Of a DNA stretch of 64,000 nucleotides, positions 10,762 to 20,330 are shown piece by piece. The notes under the pieces were generated by a model that worked only from the letters and a program-made list of their open reading frames with translations, made no database searches and was not told the DNA's origin. Origin of the DNA: an uncultured bacterium (lineage in GTDB: Bacteria > Verrucomicrobiota > Verrucomicrobiia > Limisphaerales > UBA8199); NCBI GenBank assembly GCA_963749495.1, contig CAVVMW010000004.1:96001-160000 (forward strand). Reading direction: 5' to 3'. The position numbers were made by a program, and so were the translations under genes. How positions within the stretch are numbered: the stretch's first letter is position 1; the number at the start of each line of letters is the position of its first letter.

Positions 10762-11772
10762 ATGCTCACGAGTCTTAAGATAACGAACTTCCGCGGGTTC
10801 GGCCCCCTGCGCTTGGAACCCTTGCAACGGGTCAACATCATTGTGGGGCAGAACAACAGCGGCAAGACAGGGCTGCTGGAAGCCTTGGTTCTATTGCTCT
10901 GGGAACCAACGTCGAGCTGCGCAAACCTTCCCAACCTCTTCCGCTCGCTGGGGGGCGATCCGGATGAGACCTTCTGGAGGTGGCTCGTGCGTAACAGGGA
11001 CATTGGCGTCTTAGCCGGGATACAGACCCGCTTCCGCAGCTCTCAAGAATTCGGGATTTGGCTTACACTGAAGCAGATGACCGAGGCCATCGTCAACCCG
11101 GATCGGCCCCGACCAGACACCGGCGTAGCTCCAGAGGTGCTCAGGAAGAGCGGGAGCCTGGGCCCGCTGGCGGTCTACATTGGGCCCACCCCTGCCGTCC
11201 AGCTAGGCGGCAGCGGCAGGTGGCTGAGCGTCTTCTCTACTCATCCGACCAATCCCAGGCAAGATGCAATCGATTACAATCGGGTGGTGCTGCGGCGAAG
11301 GAAGAAGCAAGTCGAAAAGTTGCTCAAGAAGGTCGAGCCGAAACTGGAATCGGTCGAGGCTCTGCAGACCGGCAATGAGCCTCTCCTCTACGCTGACGTG
11401 GGACTGAGCGAGATGCTTCCCGTAACGCAGATGGGGCAAGGTTTTAACCGGCTGCTCCACATCTACTCCGAACTGCTGGCTGCCGAGGCCAAGGTGCTGC
11501 TGATTGATGAGGTCGAGAATGGCCTCCATCACAGCACCCTGCCCACGATCTGGGAGGGCCTCTTCCACGCCTCCCAGGAGGTTGGGGTGCAGATCTTCGC
11601 GACGACCCACAGCCTGGAATGTCTCCAGGCAGCCCACGAAGCGATGTCCCGGCAGCCGAGCTACGATCTTGCCGTTATCCGGTTATTCCGCATGCCGGAA
11701 GGGATTCAGGGCCGGGTCCTCGATCGCAAACACATTGAGGCCGCAATGGCAGGCGAGATTGACCTCCGCTGA
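10762..11772 (+). CDS. ABC-type AAA_15/AAA_21-like ATPase
   Basis: LKITNFRG, Walker A GQNNSGKT, MGQG signature, Walker B LLIDEVENGLH, and IFATTHS. Confidence 0.85.
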   Translation: MLTSLKITNFRGFGPLRLEPLQRVNIIVGQNNSGKTGLLEALVLLLWEPTSSCANLPNLFRSLGGDPDETFWRWLVRNRDIGVLAGIQTRFRSSQEFGIWLTLKQMTEAIVNPDRPRPDTGVAPEVLRKSGSLGPLAVYIGPTPAVQLGGSGRWLSVFSTHPTNPRQDAIDYNRVVLRRRKKQVEKLLKKVEPKLESVEALQTGNEPLLYADVGLSEMLPVTQMGQGFNRLLHIYSELLAAEAKVLLIDEVENGLHHSTLPTIWEGLFHASQEVGVQIFATTHSLECLQAAHEAMSRQPSYDLAVIRLFRMPEGIQGRVLDRKHIEAAMAGEIDLR

Positions 11773-11778
11773 CACCCC

Positions 11779-12716
11779 ATGATCAAGACGGCACTGATGT
11801 TTGCAGGGCAGGGGGCGCAGGTGGTGGGGATGGGCAAGGACCTGGCGGAGGGGCATGCCACGGCCAAGGCGTGGTTTGAGCGCGCGACTGCGGCGCTGGG
11901 CTACGACCTGGGGGCGGTGTGTTTCAACGGACCGGAGGCCGAGTTGACGCGGACCGAACACGCGCAGCCGGGGATATTCCTGGTGAGCTGGGTCGCCCTG
12001 GAGGCGCTCAAGGAGCGGGCGCCGCACTTTGAGTTCCAGGCCGCCGCCGGTTTGTCTCTGGGCGAGTTCACGGCGCTCAGCGCGGCCGGGGCGATGGGTT
12101 TCGAAGAGGGGCTGCGCGTGGTGCGGCAGCGGGGCCGGCTCATGCAGGAGGCCTGCGACGCCACGCGCGGGGGCATGGCGGCCATCCTCGGGCTGGACGA
12201 GGCGGCTACGCTGGAGGTTTGTGCCCAGGCCGGCGTGGCGCTGGCCAATCTGAATTGCCCGGGGCAACTGGTGATCTCGGGCGCGGCCGCGCGGATAGCG
12301 CGGGCCTGCCAGTTGGCCAACGCCAAGGGCGCCCTCCGGGCGGTGCCGCTGCCGGTCGCCGGAGCGTATCATTCCCCGCTCATGGCGAGCGCCCAGGCCA
12401 GGCTCCAGGCCGAGTTGGAGCGCGTTTCGATCAAGGCGCCGGAGGTCATGGTCGTTTCGAATGTGACCGCCCTGCCCCACGGCGCCCCCGAGGCCATTCG
12501 CGCCCGCTTGGTCGAGCAGGTCACCTCCCCGGTGCGCTGGGAGCAATCCATGCGCTACCTCCTGGGCCAGGGGTTCACCCGCTTCGTCGAGTTGGGCCCG
12601 GAACCGCGCTGAGCGGTTTCATGAAACGAATCCGCCAAGACGCCCAGGTGCTCAATGTGGCCGATCTGGCCAGCCTTGAGGCCACGGCCGGGGCGCTCGG
12701 GCAGGACACCGCGTAG
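11779..12716 (+). CDS. fabD: Malonyl-CoA:ACP transacylase (frameshift near 12600)
   Basis: FAGQGAQ, GLSLGE, GAYHS, PVRW; the C-terminus GPGTALSGFMKRI continues in another frame (one G missing). Confidence 0.92.
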
Positions 12717-12771
12717 CGGCGGGATTTTGTGCTGTTCATTTTTTCTGCGATGTTGAGAATGCGGGCCGGTT

Positions 12772-13515
12772 ATGAACCAATTGGCCAATCAAATCGCGGT
12801 GGTGACCGGAGCGGGGCGAGGCATCGGGCGGGCGATTGCCTTGAAATTCGCAGTTGAAGGGGCGGACGTGGTGTGCATCTCGCGCACGGCCGAGAATTGC
12901 GAAAAGGCCGCCGGTGAGGTTCGGGGGTTGGGCCGCAGGGCCTGGGCGCGTGCGGTCGATGTGGCGGATGGGGCGGCGGTGGCCGCGGCCGGGCAGGCCA
13001 TCCTGGCGGAGACGGGGCGCGTGGACATCCTGGTGAACAATGCCGGGGTGACGCGGGATGGTCTGCTGATGCGGATGAGCGAGGCGGATTGGGACACGGT
13101 GCTGGACACCAACCTGAAAGGGGCGTTCCTGTTCACCAAGGCCTTTGCGCGGGCCTTTCTGAAGCAGCGCTCGGGGCGGATTATCAATGTGGCTTCGGTG
13201 ATCGGGCTCATTGGCAACGCCGGCCAGTGCAACTACGCGGCGAGCAAGGCGGCGTTGATCGGCTTTACCAAGTCGGTGGCGCGAGAGATGGGCTCGCGCG
13301 GCGTCACCGTTAACGCCCTGGCCCCCGGATTTGTCGAGACGGACATGACGGCGGGCCTGGGGCCGGAGGTGCGCCGCCAGGTGCTCGAAAGCATCCCGCT
13401 CCAGCGCCTGGGCCAGCCTGAGGATATCGCCGATGCCGCCCTGTTCCTGGCCAGCACCGCCGCCCGTTACGTGACCGGCCAGGTCCTGACGGTGGACGGA
13501 GGGATGGTGATGTGA
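12772..13515 (+). CDS. fabG: 3-oxoacyl-ACP reductase
   Basis: TGAGRGIG, NNAGVTRDGL, YAASK. Confidence 0.95.
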   Translation: MNQLANQIAVVTGAGRGIGRAIALKFAVEGADVVCISRTAENCEKAAGEVRGLGRRAWARAVDVADGAAVAAAGQAILAETGRVDILVNNAGVTRDGLLMRMSEADWDTVLDTNLKGAFLFTKAFARAFLKQRSGRIINVASVIGLIGNAGQCNYAASKAALIGFTKSVAREMGSRGVTVNALAPGFVETDMTAGLGPEVRRQVLESIPLQRLGQPEDIADAALFLASTAARYVTGQVLTVDGGMVM

Positions 13516-13602
13516 GCTTGGGAGAAAATTGTTGAATCCGGGCTTGACGCCTCCCCCTATGGTAGCATAGACACACAGCGAAAACTAGAACCGGAGACAA
13601 TC

Positions 13603-13848
13603 ATGGCTGAGAAAACAATCGAGCAGCGGGTAAAAGACATCATCGTCGAGCAGTTGGGCGTGAACCCGGATCAAGTCACGCCCGAGGCCAAGTTTATCGA
13701 GGATCTGGGTGCGGATTCACTCGACACCGTGGAACTGGTCATGGCGCTGGAAGAGGAATTTGGCCATGAGATCCCCGATGAACAGGCCGAGAAGCTTCAG
13801 AGCGTTGGCGATGTGATCAAGTACATCGAGGACCTGCAGCAGAAGTGA
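13603..13848 (+). CDS. acpP: Acyl carrier protein
   Basis: [27 protein letters not shown]. Confidence 0.97.
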   Translation: MAEKTIEQRVKDIIVEQLGVNPDQVTPEAKFIEDLGADSLDTVELVMALEEEFGHEIPDEQAEKLQSVGDVIKYIEDLQQK

Positions 13849-13915
13849 TCGGAGACTTGAAGGAATGCCGGGGCAGCTTCCGCCTGGCTCCAGGTTGGGC
13901 TGCCCCTTCGTGTTT

Positions 13916-15172
13916 ATGGCGAGTAATTGGACGGAACGCCGGGTCGTGATCACGGGGCTTGGCGTGGTTTCACCCCTGGGCAACGAGGTCGAGGTCCTCT
14001 GGAAACGCCTCCTGGCGGCGGAATGCGGTGTGGATAGGATTGCCGCGTTCGATCCCTCCCGGTTCGACACGCAGGTCGCCGCCGAGGTGAAGGAATTCGA
14101 CCCCATCCCGGCTTTTCCTTCCCCCAAAGAGGTCCGGCGCACCGACCGGTTCTCTCAGTTTGGCGTCTATGCGGCCTGGCAGGCCCTGCGTGACGCGGGG
14201 CTGGACCTGGACCGCATAGACCGGGACGAGGTCGGGGTGTTCATCGGCTCGGGCATCGGCGGCCTGCGCACCGTCACCGACCAGCACGCCATCCTGCTCC
14301 GACAGGGCCCCGAGCGGCTCTCGCCCTTCATGATCCCGATGCTCATCTCGAACATGGCCTCGGGCCTGGTCTCGATGTTCTACGGCCTGCGCGGCCCCAA
14401 TTTTGCCACCTGCTCGGCCTGCGCCACGGCCAACCACGCCCTGGGCGAGGCCTGGCGCACGATCAAGATGGGCGATGCCAAGGTCATGCTGGCCGGCGGC
14501 GCCGAGGCCACCATTGTCCCCATCGGCATCGGCGGCTTCTGCGCCATGCGCGCCCTGAGCCGGCGCAATCAGGAGCCCAAACGCGCCTCCCGCCCTTTCG
14601 ACAAGGGCCGCGACGGCTTTGTCATGGGCGAGGGCTCCGGCGTGCTGGTCCTCGAAGACCTGGACTATGCCAAGGCGCGCGGCGCCCGCATCTATGCCGA
14701 ATTCGCCGGCTATGGCAATACCGCCGACGCCTATCACCTGACCGCCCCGTCCCCGGGCGGCGAAGGCGCGGTTCGCTGCATGCGCATGGCCCTGCGCAAC
14801 GCCGGCCTCAACCCCCAAGACATCTCTTACATCAACGCCCACGGCACCTCCACGCCCCAGGGCGACATTGCCGAAACCGAGGCCATCAAGACCGTCTTCG
14901 GCGAGCACGCGTGCCACCTGGCCGTCAGCTCCACCAAGGGCGCCACCGGCCACATGCTTGGCGCCGCCGGCGCCGTCGAGATGGTCATCTGCGCCAAGGC
15001 CATCGCCTCCGATTTGGTGCCCCCCACCATCAATTACGAGGAACCGGACCCGGAGTGCGATCTCGATTACGTCCCCAACAAACCCCGCCAGATGGCGGTC
15101 AACGCCATCATCAACAACTCCTTCGGTTTCGGCGGCCACAATGCCAGCCTGGTAGCCAGGAAATTCAACTGA
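13916..15172 (+). CDS. fabF: 3-oxoacyl-ACP synthase II
   Basis: RRVVITGLG, SACAT, INAHGTST, GHMLGAAG, NSFGFGGHN. Confidence 0.95.
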   Translation: MASNWTERRVVITGLGVVSPLGNEVEVLWKRLLAAECGVDRIAAFDPSRFDTQVAAEVKEFDPIPAFPSPKEVRRTDRFSQFGVYAAWQALRDAGLDLDRIDRDEVGVFIGSGIGGLRTVTDQHAILLRQGPERLSPFMIPMLISNMASGLVSMFYGLRGPNFATCSACATANHALGEAWRTIKMGDAKVMLAGGAEATIVPIGIGGFCAMRALSRRNQEPKRASRPFDKGRDGFVMGEGSGVLVLEDLDYAKARGARIYAEFAGYGNTADAYHLTAPSPGGEGAVRCMRMALRNAGLNPQDISYINAHGTSTPQGDIAETEAIKTVFGEHACHLAVSSTKGATGHMLGAAGAVEMVICAKAIASDLVPPTINYEEPDPECDLDYVPNKPRQMAVNAIINNSFGFGGHNASLVARKFN

Positions 15173-15186
15173 ACCCCTCCGCCCAG

Positions 15187-16044
15187 CTAATGCGCTGGGC
15201 AAATCAAACAGAACTGTCCTCGCTCGACCCACCCCAGGGCGCGGTTGGTCCGGACCAGCAGATAGGGGCCGCGCGCGCGCTGGACCCGGGCCGGTTCGCC
15301 CGGGCTCAGGCGGGTCAGGGCTTGGGCCTCCTGGGTTGGCGTCAGCCGCAGCGGAGCGTCCTTTTCCACCACAAAACCGAGCCTGGAGCGGGTATAGACG
15401 CCCAGATGCGCGGGCACGCTGAGCAGGAAGACCATCAGGCCGAGGGCGGCGACCGCCTGGTGCCAGGCCGCCTTGCGGCGGCGAAAGATGCCAGGCAGCA
15501 AGAACATGCCCAGGGCCAGCCAGACGCTGGCGCCCGCGATCCACGCCCACCAATCGGTGGGCAGCCAGGTCGAGACCACCTCGTACCAGGACAACTCGGG
15601 CGCCTCCAGTTGGGCAACCTTGCGCGCGAACCGCAGGTTGTTGCGCGCCGACCCGTTGAACGCGTCCAGCCACAGCGCCCGCTCCCAGGCGACGATGGCG
15701 GGTCCGGTCTCTCCGCGCTGCCATTGGGCGTTGCCCAGATTCTGGAGCGAGCCCGTCGAGGGCCGGCGCGAGGCCGCCTCGCCGAAGGCGCGCGCCGCCC
15801 GCACATAATCCCCCGCCTGGTAAGCCTGGGTCCCTTCGCGAAACAGGGCATCGAGGCGCGCCGCAGCGCAGGGGGTAGCCGGGTCGGAGAAAAGCAGGGC
15901 CAGCAAAGCCCAAAATCCGAAACAAACTCGCGTCCCTTTCGTCGCTTTTGTCCCTTTGGTCCCTTTAGTCCCTTGCTGAAAGGACAAAAGGGACAAAAGG
16001 GACAAAAGGGACGGATTTGGGATTTGGGATTTGGGATTTCTCAA
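15187..16044 (-). CDS. BatE-like TPR + TM + SH3-like protein
   Basis: TPR (NLGNAQW...AIVAWERALWL...ARNNL), two TM segments and a C-terminal GWVE. TTG start preceded by GGAGAAG; the N-terminus is encoded by 7- and 9-bp repeats. Confidence 0.75.
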   Translation of the reverse strand: MRNPKSQIPNPSLLSLLSLLSFQQGTKGTKGTKATKGTRVCFGFWALLALLFSDPATPCAAARLDALFREGTQAYQAGDYVRAARAFGEAASRRPSTGSLQNLGNAQWQRGETGPAIVAWERALWLDAFNGSARNNLRFARKVAQLEAPELSWYEVVSTWLPTDWWAWIAGASVWLALGMFLLPGIFRRRKAAWHQAVAALGLMVFLLSVPAHLGVYTRSRLGFVVEKDAPLRLTPTQEAQALTRLSPGEPARVQRARGPYLLVRTNRALGWVERGQFCLICPAH

Positions 16045-16059
16045 TTTGCTTCTCCAATC

Positions 16060-18057
16060 TCAGGGTTCCAGCCTTTCTTCCAGCCGTTGGAGCACCTGTT
16101 CCAGCTCCGGGCGGAGGGCCATCAACTGGCGGGTATCAACAACTGCGGGGCCGAAACGGGCGGCATCGGTGAGGGCGAAGAACCGGCGGACGACCTCGAT
16201 GGGACGGTGCTCGCCCGGCAGGGCCCCGTCCGGAGGAAGCAGCGGGAGAACGTCGGCGCCGACCAGCGCGCGCGGTTCGGCGGGAAAATGAGGGGCGCAG
16301 GCCACGCGCAGGGCGGCCACAGCCGCGTTGGCGAACCGGGGGGCGTCGCCGGCGCGCGCGGCCCGGCGCAGGGCGCGCCACTCACGGCGCAAGGCGCGCC
16401 GGGCGCGCCGGCGCAGAATGACCTCCGGGTGCTGCTCCAGGAAGCGGCGGCGGCGGTCCCAGGCCCACAGGGCGGCGAAAACCGCCGCCGGCGCCAGTTG
16501 CAACAGCGAGAACCACGGCCTCCGCTGGACCGGCACCAGGCTGGCTGCCGCCAGGCCGGGCGCCGAAGCCAATGGGCTCAAGCCGGGTTCGCTCTGGGCC
16601 TCCGCGGTCCCCACGTCGGGCTGCTGCAAGGCAGCCAGGTCCGCGCCGGCCGCGCTAGGCTCCACGGTGACCGCCAGCGACGGAATCGTCAGGTCCACGT
16701 AGGCAGCGCGTTTGGGATCGAAGTAACTGAACGGGATGGCCGGTGTGGCGGTGGCGGCGGCGGTCAGAGGGACCAGCGTATAGACGAAGGTGGCGGAGGG
16801 CGCCGGCGGCACGGCCGGTTGCGGGGTAAAGACGGCGTAGGGGGGCTGAGGCAGGGATTCGGTGGTGCCGGCAAAGATCTGCCACTGGCGGCTCTGCGGC
16901 GGAGGCGGGGGCGCCAGCCGGCCCATGTTCCCATCGCCGTGGACGGTGACGGCGAGCCGGACGGTCTCTCCGACGCGCAGGATGCTGGCGGCGAGACTGG
17001 GCGGATCCAGCGTGAAACTGCCGATGGCGCCGGTGAACCCCGGCAACTCGCCCTGCCGCGGCAGGGGCCGCGTGTGCAGTTCAACCGGGTCCGAGTCGAG
17101 CAGGGTGAAGGGCACAAAGATGCTCGCCACGGGCACCGCGGCGCCGCCGGCGGGCACGGGGCCCATGACGCGAGAGCCGGCCGAATAGCCTTGGGCGAAG
17201 ACACTGAGCCTGCCCGTCTTCAAAGGCGTCAGCACCGTCTCGTAAAGGTAGGCGAGCACGGTGACCGGGCCGCGGCGCACCCGGGTGACCTGCTGGCGGG
17301 CTGTCCCCTGGTCCACCAGCACACCCTCCCCATTGACCTGCACCTGCATCAGCGTCTGCAACTGGCCGCTGGGCGAGGCTGCCAGGACCACCCGCACCTT
17401 CACCGGTTGGCCGACGTACACGTTGGTTTCGGACGCCTCGAGGACAAGGCGCTGGGCCGGAGGAATCGAGGGGGGCGCCGCCGCCGCCACGATCAGTTGC
17501 GCCGCCGGCACGGTCACAGTCTTGCCATAGATACTCACGCCAAATGCCGGCACGGAAAACGTGCCCAGCCCCGGTGCGCGGACGTTGTAGTTGTAAGTGG
17601 TGCGCGGCACGAAGTTGGTCCCGTTGAACTGCAGGATCTGGCCGCGGCCGCCCGCGCGCAAATCCAGCCCTGCCGTCGCCGCCACTTTCTCCGGCCACAC
17701 AATGGATTCCTCCAGCGCGTTGAACGTGGCCCGGTACACCGCGCTCTCGCCCGGACGGACCATGGGCGGGTCGAACCAGGCGGTGGCCACCACGTTCGAG
17801 GCTATCTCCGTCTTGGGTTGCGCCATCAGCAGCGTCATGTACGGGTCCTGCGAAGGCGTGGGCTGGCTCTGGGCACCCCGGACAGGACACGCGAGCAGGG
17901 CGTAAACCAGGAGGATGAAAGCGTAAATAAACGGGAATCGGCCATCCAACGGGTCGAGGGGCGAGGGGCGTGGGTCGAGGGAATCCGGAGCGGCCACCCC
18001 TCGCCGCCGGCGTCCGGGTGCCTCTGAACCGTGCTCTGCTCTGGATTGGCTCACCAT
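16060..18057 (-). CDS. BatD-like protein
   Basis: Signal/TM segment, beta-rich domains, LP..G...GFTGAIG, FSYFDP, C-terminal TM; located between BatC- and BatE-like genes. Confidence 0.75.
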   Translation of the reverse strand: MVSQSRAEHGSEAPGRRRRGVAAPDSLDPRPSPLDPLDGRFPFIYAFILLVYALLACPVRGAQSQPTPSQDPYMTLLMAQPKTEIASNVVATAWFDPPMVRPGESAVYRATFNALEESIVWPEKVAATAGLDLRAGGRGQILQFNGTNFVPRTTYNYNVRAPGLGTFSVPAFGVSIYGKTVTVPAAQLIVAAAAPPSIPPAQRLVLEASETNVYVGQPVKVRVVLAASPSGQLQTLMQVQVNGEGVLVDQGTARQQVTRVRRGPVTVLAYLYETVLTPLKTGRLSVFAQGYSAGSRVMGPVPAGGAAVPVASIFVPFTLLDSDPVELHTRPLPRQGELPGFTGAIGSFTLDPPSLAASILRVGETVRLAVTVHGDGNMGRLAPPPPPQSRQWQIFAGTTESLPQPPYAVFTPQPAVPPAPSATFVYTLVPLTAAATATPAIPFSYFDPKRAAYVDLTIPSLAVTVEPSAAGADLAALQQPDVGTAEAQSEPGLSPLASAPGLAAASLVPVQRRPWFSLLQLAPAAVFAALWAWDRRRRFLEQHPEVILRRRARRALRREWRALRRAARAGDAPRFANAAVAALRVACAPHFPAEPRALVGADVLPLLPPDGALPGEHRPIEVVRRFFALTDAARFGPAVVDTRQLMALRPELEQVLQRLEERLEP

Positions 18058-18188
18058 GTCGGTCGGTTGCGGCTGTGGACTGTGGACTGCGGACTGTGGA
18101 CTGCTCTGGATTGGCTCACCACGTCGGTCGGTTGCGGCTGTGGACTGTGGACTGCTCTGGATTGGCTCACCATGTCGGTCGGTTGCGG
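18036..18188. repeat. Three 37-bp direct repeats of the batC/batD junction, separated by (ctgtgga)x4 and x2
   Basis: ctgctctggattggctcacca(t/c)gtcggtcggttgcgg at 18036-18072, 18101-18137 and 18152-18188. Confidence 0.92.
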
Positions 18189-19315
18189 TCTCTGGGTTCA
18201 GCCTGCCGCTGTGGGCCCATTGGGAGGCGGCGCTCGACATCCAGCTTAAACCCTTCGAGCAGCCAGGCGGCCTGCTCGGCAGAGAGCGGCATCTCCTCAC
18301 CTTCCCTGTTGGCCGCTTCCTGCTGGCCCTCCTGCGGTCCCAGGGGCTGCTGGTCTTCCTCGTCGTCCTCGTCCTCGTCAACGGGCGTGCCAGGAGGCGC
18401 TTCCTTGGTGGGGATGCGGCCCCGGAGTTGCTTCATTTTGTCGTTCAGGTCGCGCCTCTGATTGCCCATGGCCCCGGCCAGTTGCTGCAACTGGCGCAAC
18501 GTATCCACCAGCCGGGCTATCCAGCGGTCCACCACCTCGGCATTGTACTGGGCGTCCGCGTCGGCGCGATTCAGTTCGAGGGCGCTGCGGAAATCGCCCG
18601 CGGCGCGCTGCCATTTGTTGAGCGTGGCGACATGGGCCTGGAGGGCGCGCCGGACGACGCCCAGGGCGGCCCTGAGTTCTTTGCGCTGGCCCCGTCCCCG
18701 CAGGTAGGCCGCGACCATATTCCGCACGTCGTCACTGGCCAGTGCCTCGGTGGCAAATCGAATCGCGTCGTCGGTCCGTTGCGAGACGGCCTGACCGGCG
18801 GCCACGGTCGGCAGGCCGGGCGGGGCCTTCTTGAGCTCCTCCACGCCCTGGCCGAAACGAACATGGCCCAGGTTGTAAAGGGCGGGCGGCTGCACGGGTT
18901 CATATTGGCTGGTCAGGGCGCTCTCCAGGAAGGTCTCGGCCTCCCTGAGCTTGTTCTCGTGAAGCTTTTCGGTCCCGGCGTTGAAGAACTCGCGCGGGGT
19001 GGTTGGCGGGGCTGGCTCCGGCGGGGCCGGGGCAGGACCAGGGGCGGCAGCAACGGCAACCAGGACGGCGCCCAACAGGAGGCGAGGCGCAAACCGGGGG
19101 GCGCGCCGTCGGCCTCCGTTCAGGAGGCGGCCGCCGACGGCGCCGGGCGCAGACATTCTCATTAGGTGCGCAGGTCGTGTCATGGACCGTTCGGACCCCA
19201 ATATAGCGCGTTGCCCCTCCGAAGACCACGCCAAATCCCGAGGGGCGAGGGACGAGGGTCGAGGAAATACGTGCGGCCGCCCCCGGTCCCTCCTTTTCTC
19301 ATTCACGCGCCTCAT
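18167..19315 (-). CDS. BatC-like TPR protein (start uncertain)
   Basis: ALYNLG, DAQYNAE, acidic/Gln linker, LSAEQAAWLL, terminal W. Confidence 0.65.
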   Translation of the reverse strand: MRRVNEKRRDRGRPHVFPRPSSLAPRDLAWSSEGQRAILGSERSMTRPAHLMRMSAPGAVGGRLLNGGRRRAPRFAPRLLLGAVLVAVAAAPGPAPAPPEPAPPTTPREFFNAGTEKLHENKLREAETFLESALTSQYEPVQPPALYNLGHVRFGQGVEELKKAPPGLPTVAAGQAVSQRTDDAIRFATEALASDDVRNMVAAYLRGRGQRKELRAALGVVRRALQAHVATLNKWQRAAGDFRSALELNRADADAQYNAEVVDRWIARLVDTLRQLQQLAGAMGNQRRDLNDKMKQLRGRIPTKEAPPGTPVDEDEDDEEDQQPLGPQEGQQEAANREGEEMPLSAEQAAWLLEGFKLDVERRLPMGPQRQAEPRDRNRPTW

Positions 19316-19341
19316 CCCTCATTCGTCATTCGCCCTGCCCC

Positions 19342-20118
19342 TCACACCCCCATGATCTGGTAGCCGCAATCAACGTAGATCACCTGGCCGGTGATGGCGG
19401 CGGCGCCGTCGCCGGCCAGGAACAGGCCGGTGGCGCCCAATTCCTCGGGCAGGACGTTGCGTTTGAGCGGGGCGCGGGCTTCGTAAAGCCTGAGCATTTC
19501 ACTGAAGCCGGAGATGCCGCGCGCGGCCAGGGTATTGACCGGGCCTGCGCTGATGCAATTGACGCGGATCTTTTTCGGGCCCAGGTCGTAGGCGAGATAG
19601 CGCGTGGCGGCTTCGAGCGCGGCCTTGGCCACGCCCATGACGTTATAGTGCGGCACGACCTTCTCCGCCCCATAATAGCTCATCGCCACGATGCTGCCGC
19701 CCCCGGCCATCAGCGGGGCGGCGGCGCGCGCCAGGGCCACCAGCGAGTAGGCGCTCACATCCAGCGCCACGCGGAAGGCCTCCCGGCTGGTGTCCAGGAA
19801 TTGGCCCTCGAGGGCCTCCTTGGGCGCGAACGCCACCGAGTGCAGCAACAAGTCCAGCCGCCCGGCCTTTTCGCCCACTGCCTTGAAGACCCCGCTAACC
19901 TCGTCGTCCTTCGTCACGTCGCACGGCAGGATCAGCGTCTCCGGGCCAAAGGCCCCGGCCAGTTCCTGCACGTTCTCCTTGAGCCGCTCGCCCTGGTAAG
20001 TGAACGCCAGGCGGGCGCCCGCCTCGTGCCAGGCGCGCGCAATCGCCCAGGCTATCGAGCGCCTGTTGGCCACACCGAAAACAATCCCCTGCTTGCCGGC
20101 TAGTGCTAATGAGTGCAT
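19342..20118 (-). CDS. fabI: Enoyl-ACP reductase
   Basis: GVANRRSIAWAIA, YNVMGVAKAALE, SAGPVNTLAARGI. Confidence 0.95.
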   Translation of the reverse strand: MHSLALAGKQGIVFGVANRRSIAWAIARAWHEAGARLAFTYQGERLKENVQELAGAFGPETLILPCDVTKDDEVSGVFKAVGEKAGRLDLLLHSVAFAPKEALEGQFLDTSREAFRVALDVSAYSLVALARAAAPLMAGGGSIVAMSYYGAEKVVPHYNVMGVAKAALEAATRYLAYDLGPKKIRVNCISAGPVNTLAARGISGFSEMLRLYEARAPLKRNVLPEELGATGLFLAGDGAAAITGQVIYVDCGYQIMGV

Positions 20119-20140
20119 GCCTTGACAACGGTACGGCAAT

Positions 20141-20330
20141 CTAAAGGCTAAAGGCTGAAGGCTAAAGGCTAAAATGAAGGCTAAAGGCTAAAGGCTAAAG
20201 GCTAAAGTCCAGAAGGCCGAAGCGACCACCGTGAGAGATTCCGGCCTCGCCTCAGGTTTCTTCACTTTAGCCTTTAGCCTTCAGCCTTCAGCCTTCAGCC
20301 TTTTGCCTTCAGCCTTTTGCCTTTTGCCTT
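20141..20330. repeat. Inverted pair of heptamer arrays, (ctaaagg)n ... (ctttagc/cttcagc/cttttgc)n
   Basis: Visible directly; the right arm overlaps the MFS gene 3' end (KRQKAKG*). Confidence 0.9.

Noticed and set aside
7149..11772. BREX or DISARM system
   Set aside because: No pglZ, brxC, brxL or drm helicase genes nearby.
11779..12716. fabD pseudogene or programmed frameshift
   Set aside because: Normally essential gene; a single missing G in a short run fits the window-wide indel error pattern.
14911..18027. 1038-aa + strand ORF and other long antisense ORFs (e.g. 39418-41889, 46404-48536, 35198-37276)
   Set aside because: Shadow frames of real genes in high-GC DNA; no recognisable motifs.
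18036..18188. CRISPR array (three 37-bp repeats)
   Set aside because: The spacers are heptamer repeats of 14 and 28 bp, the repeat is a gene junction, and no cas genes are present.
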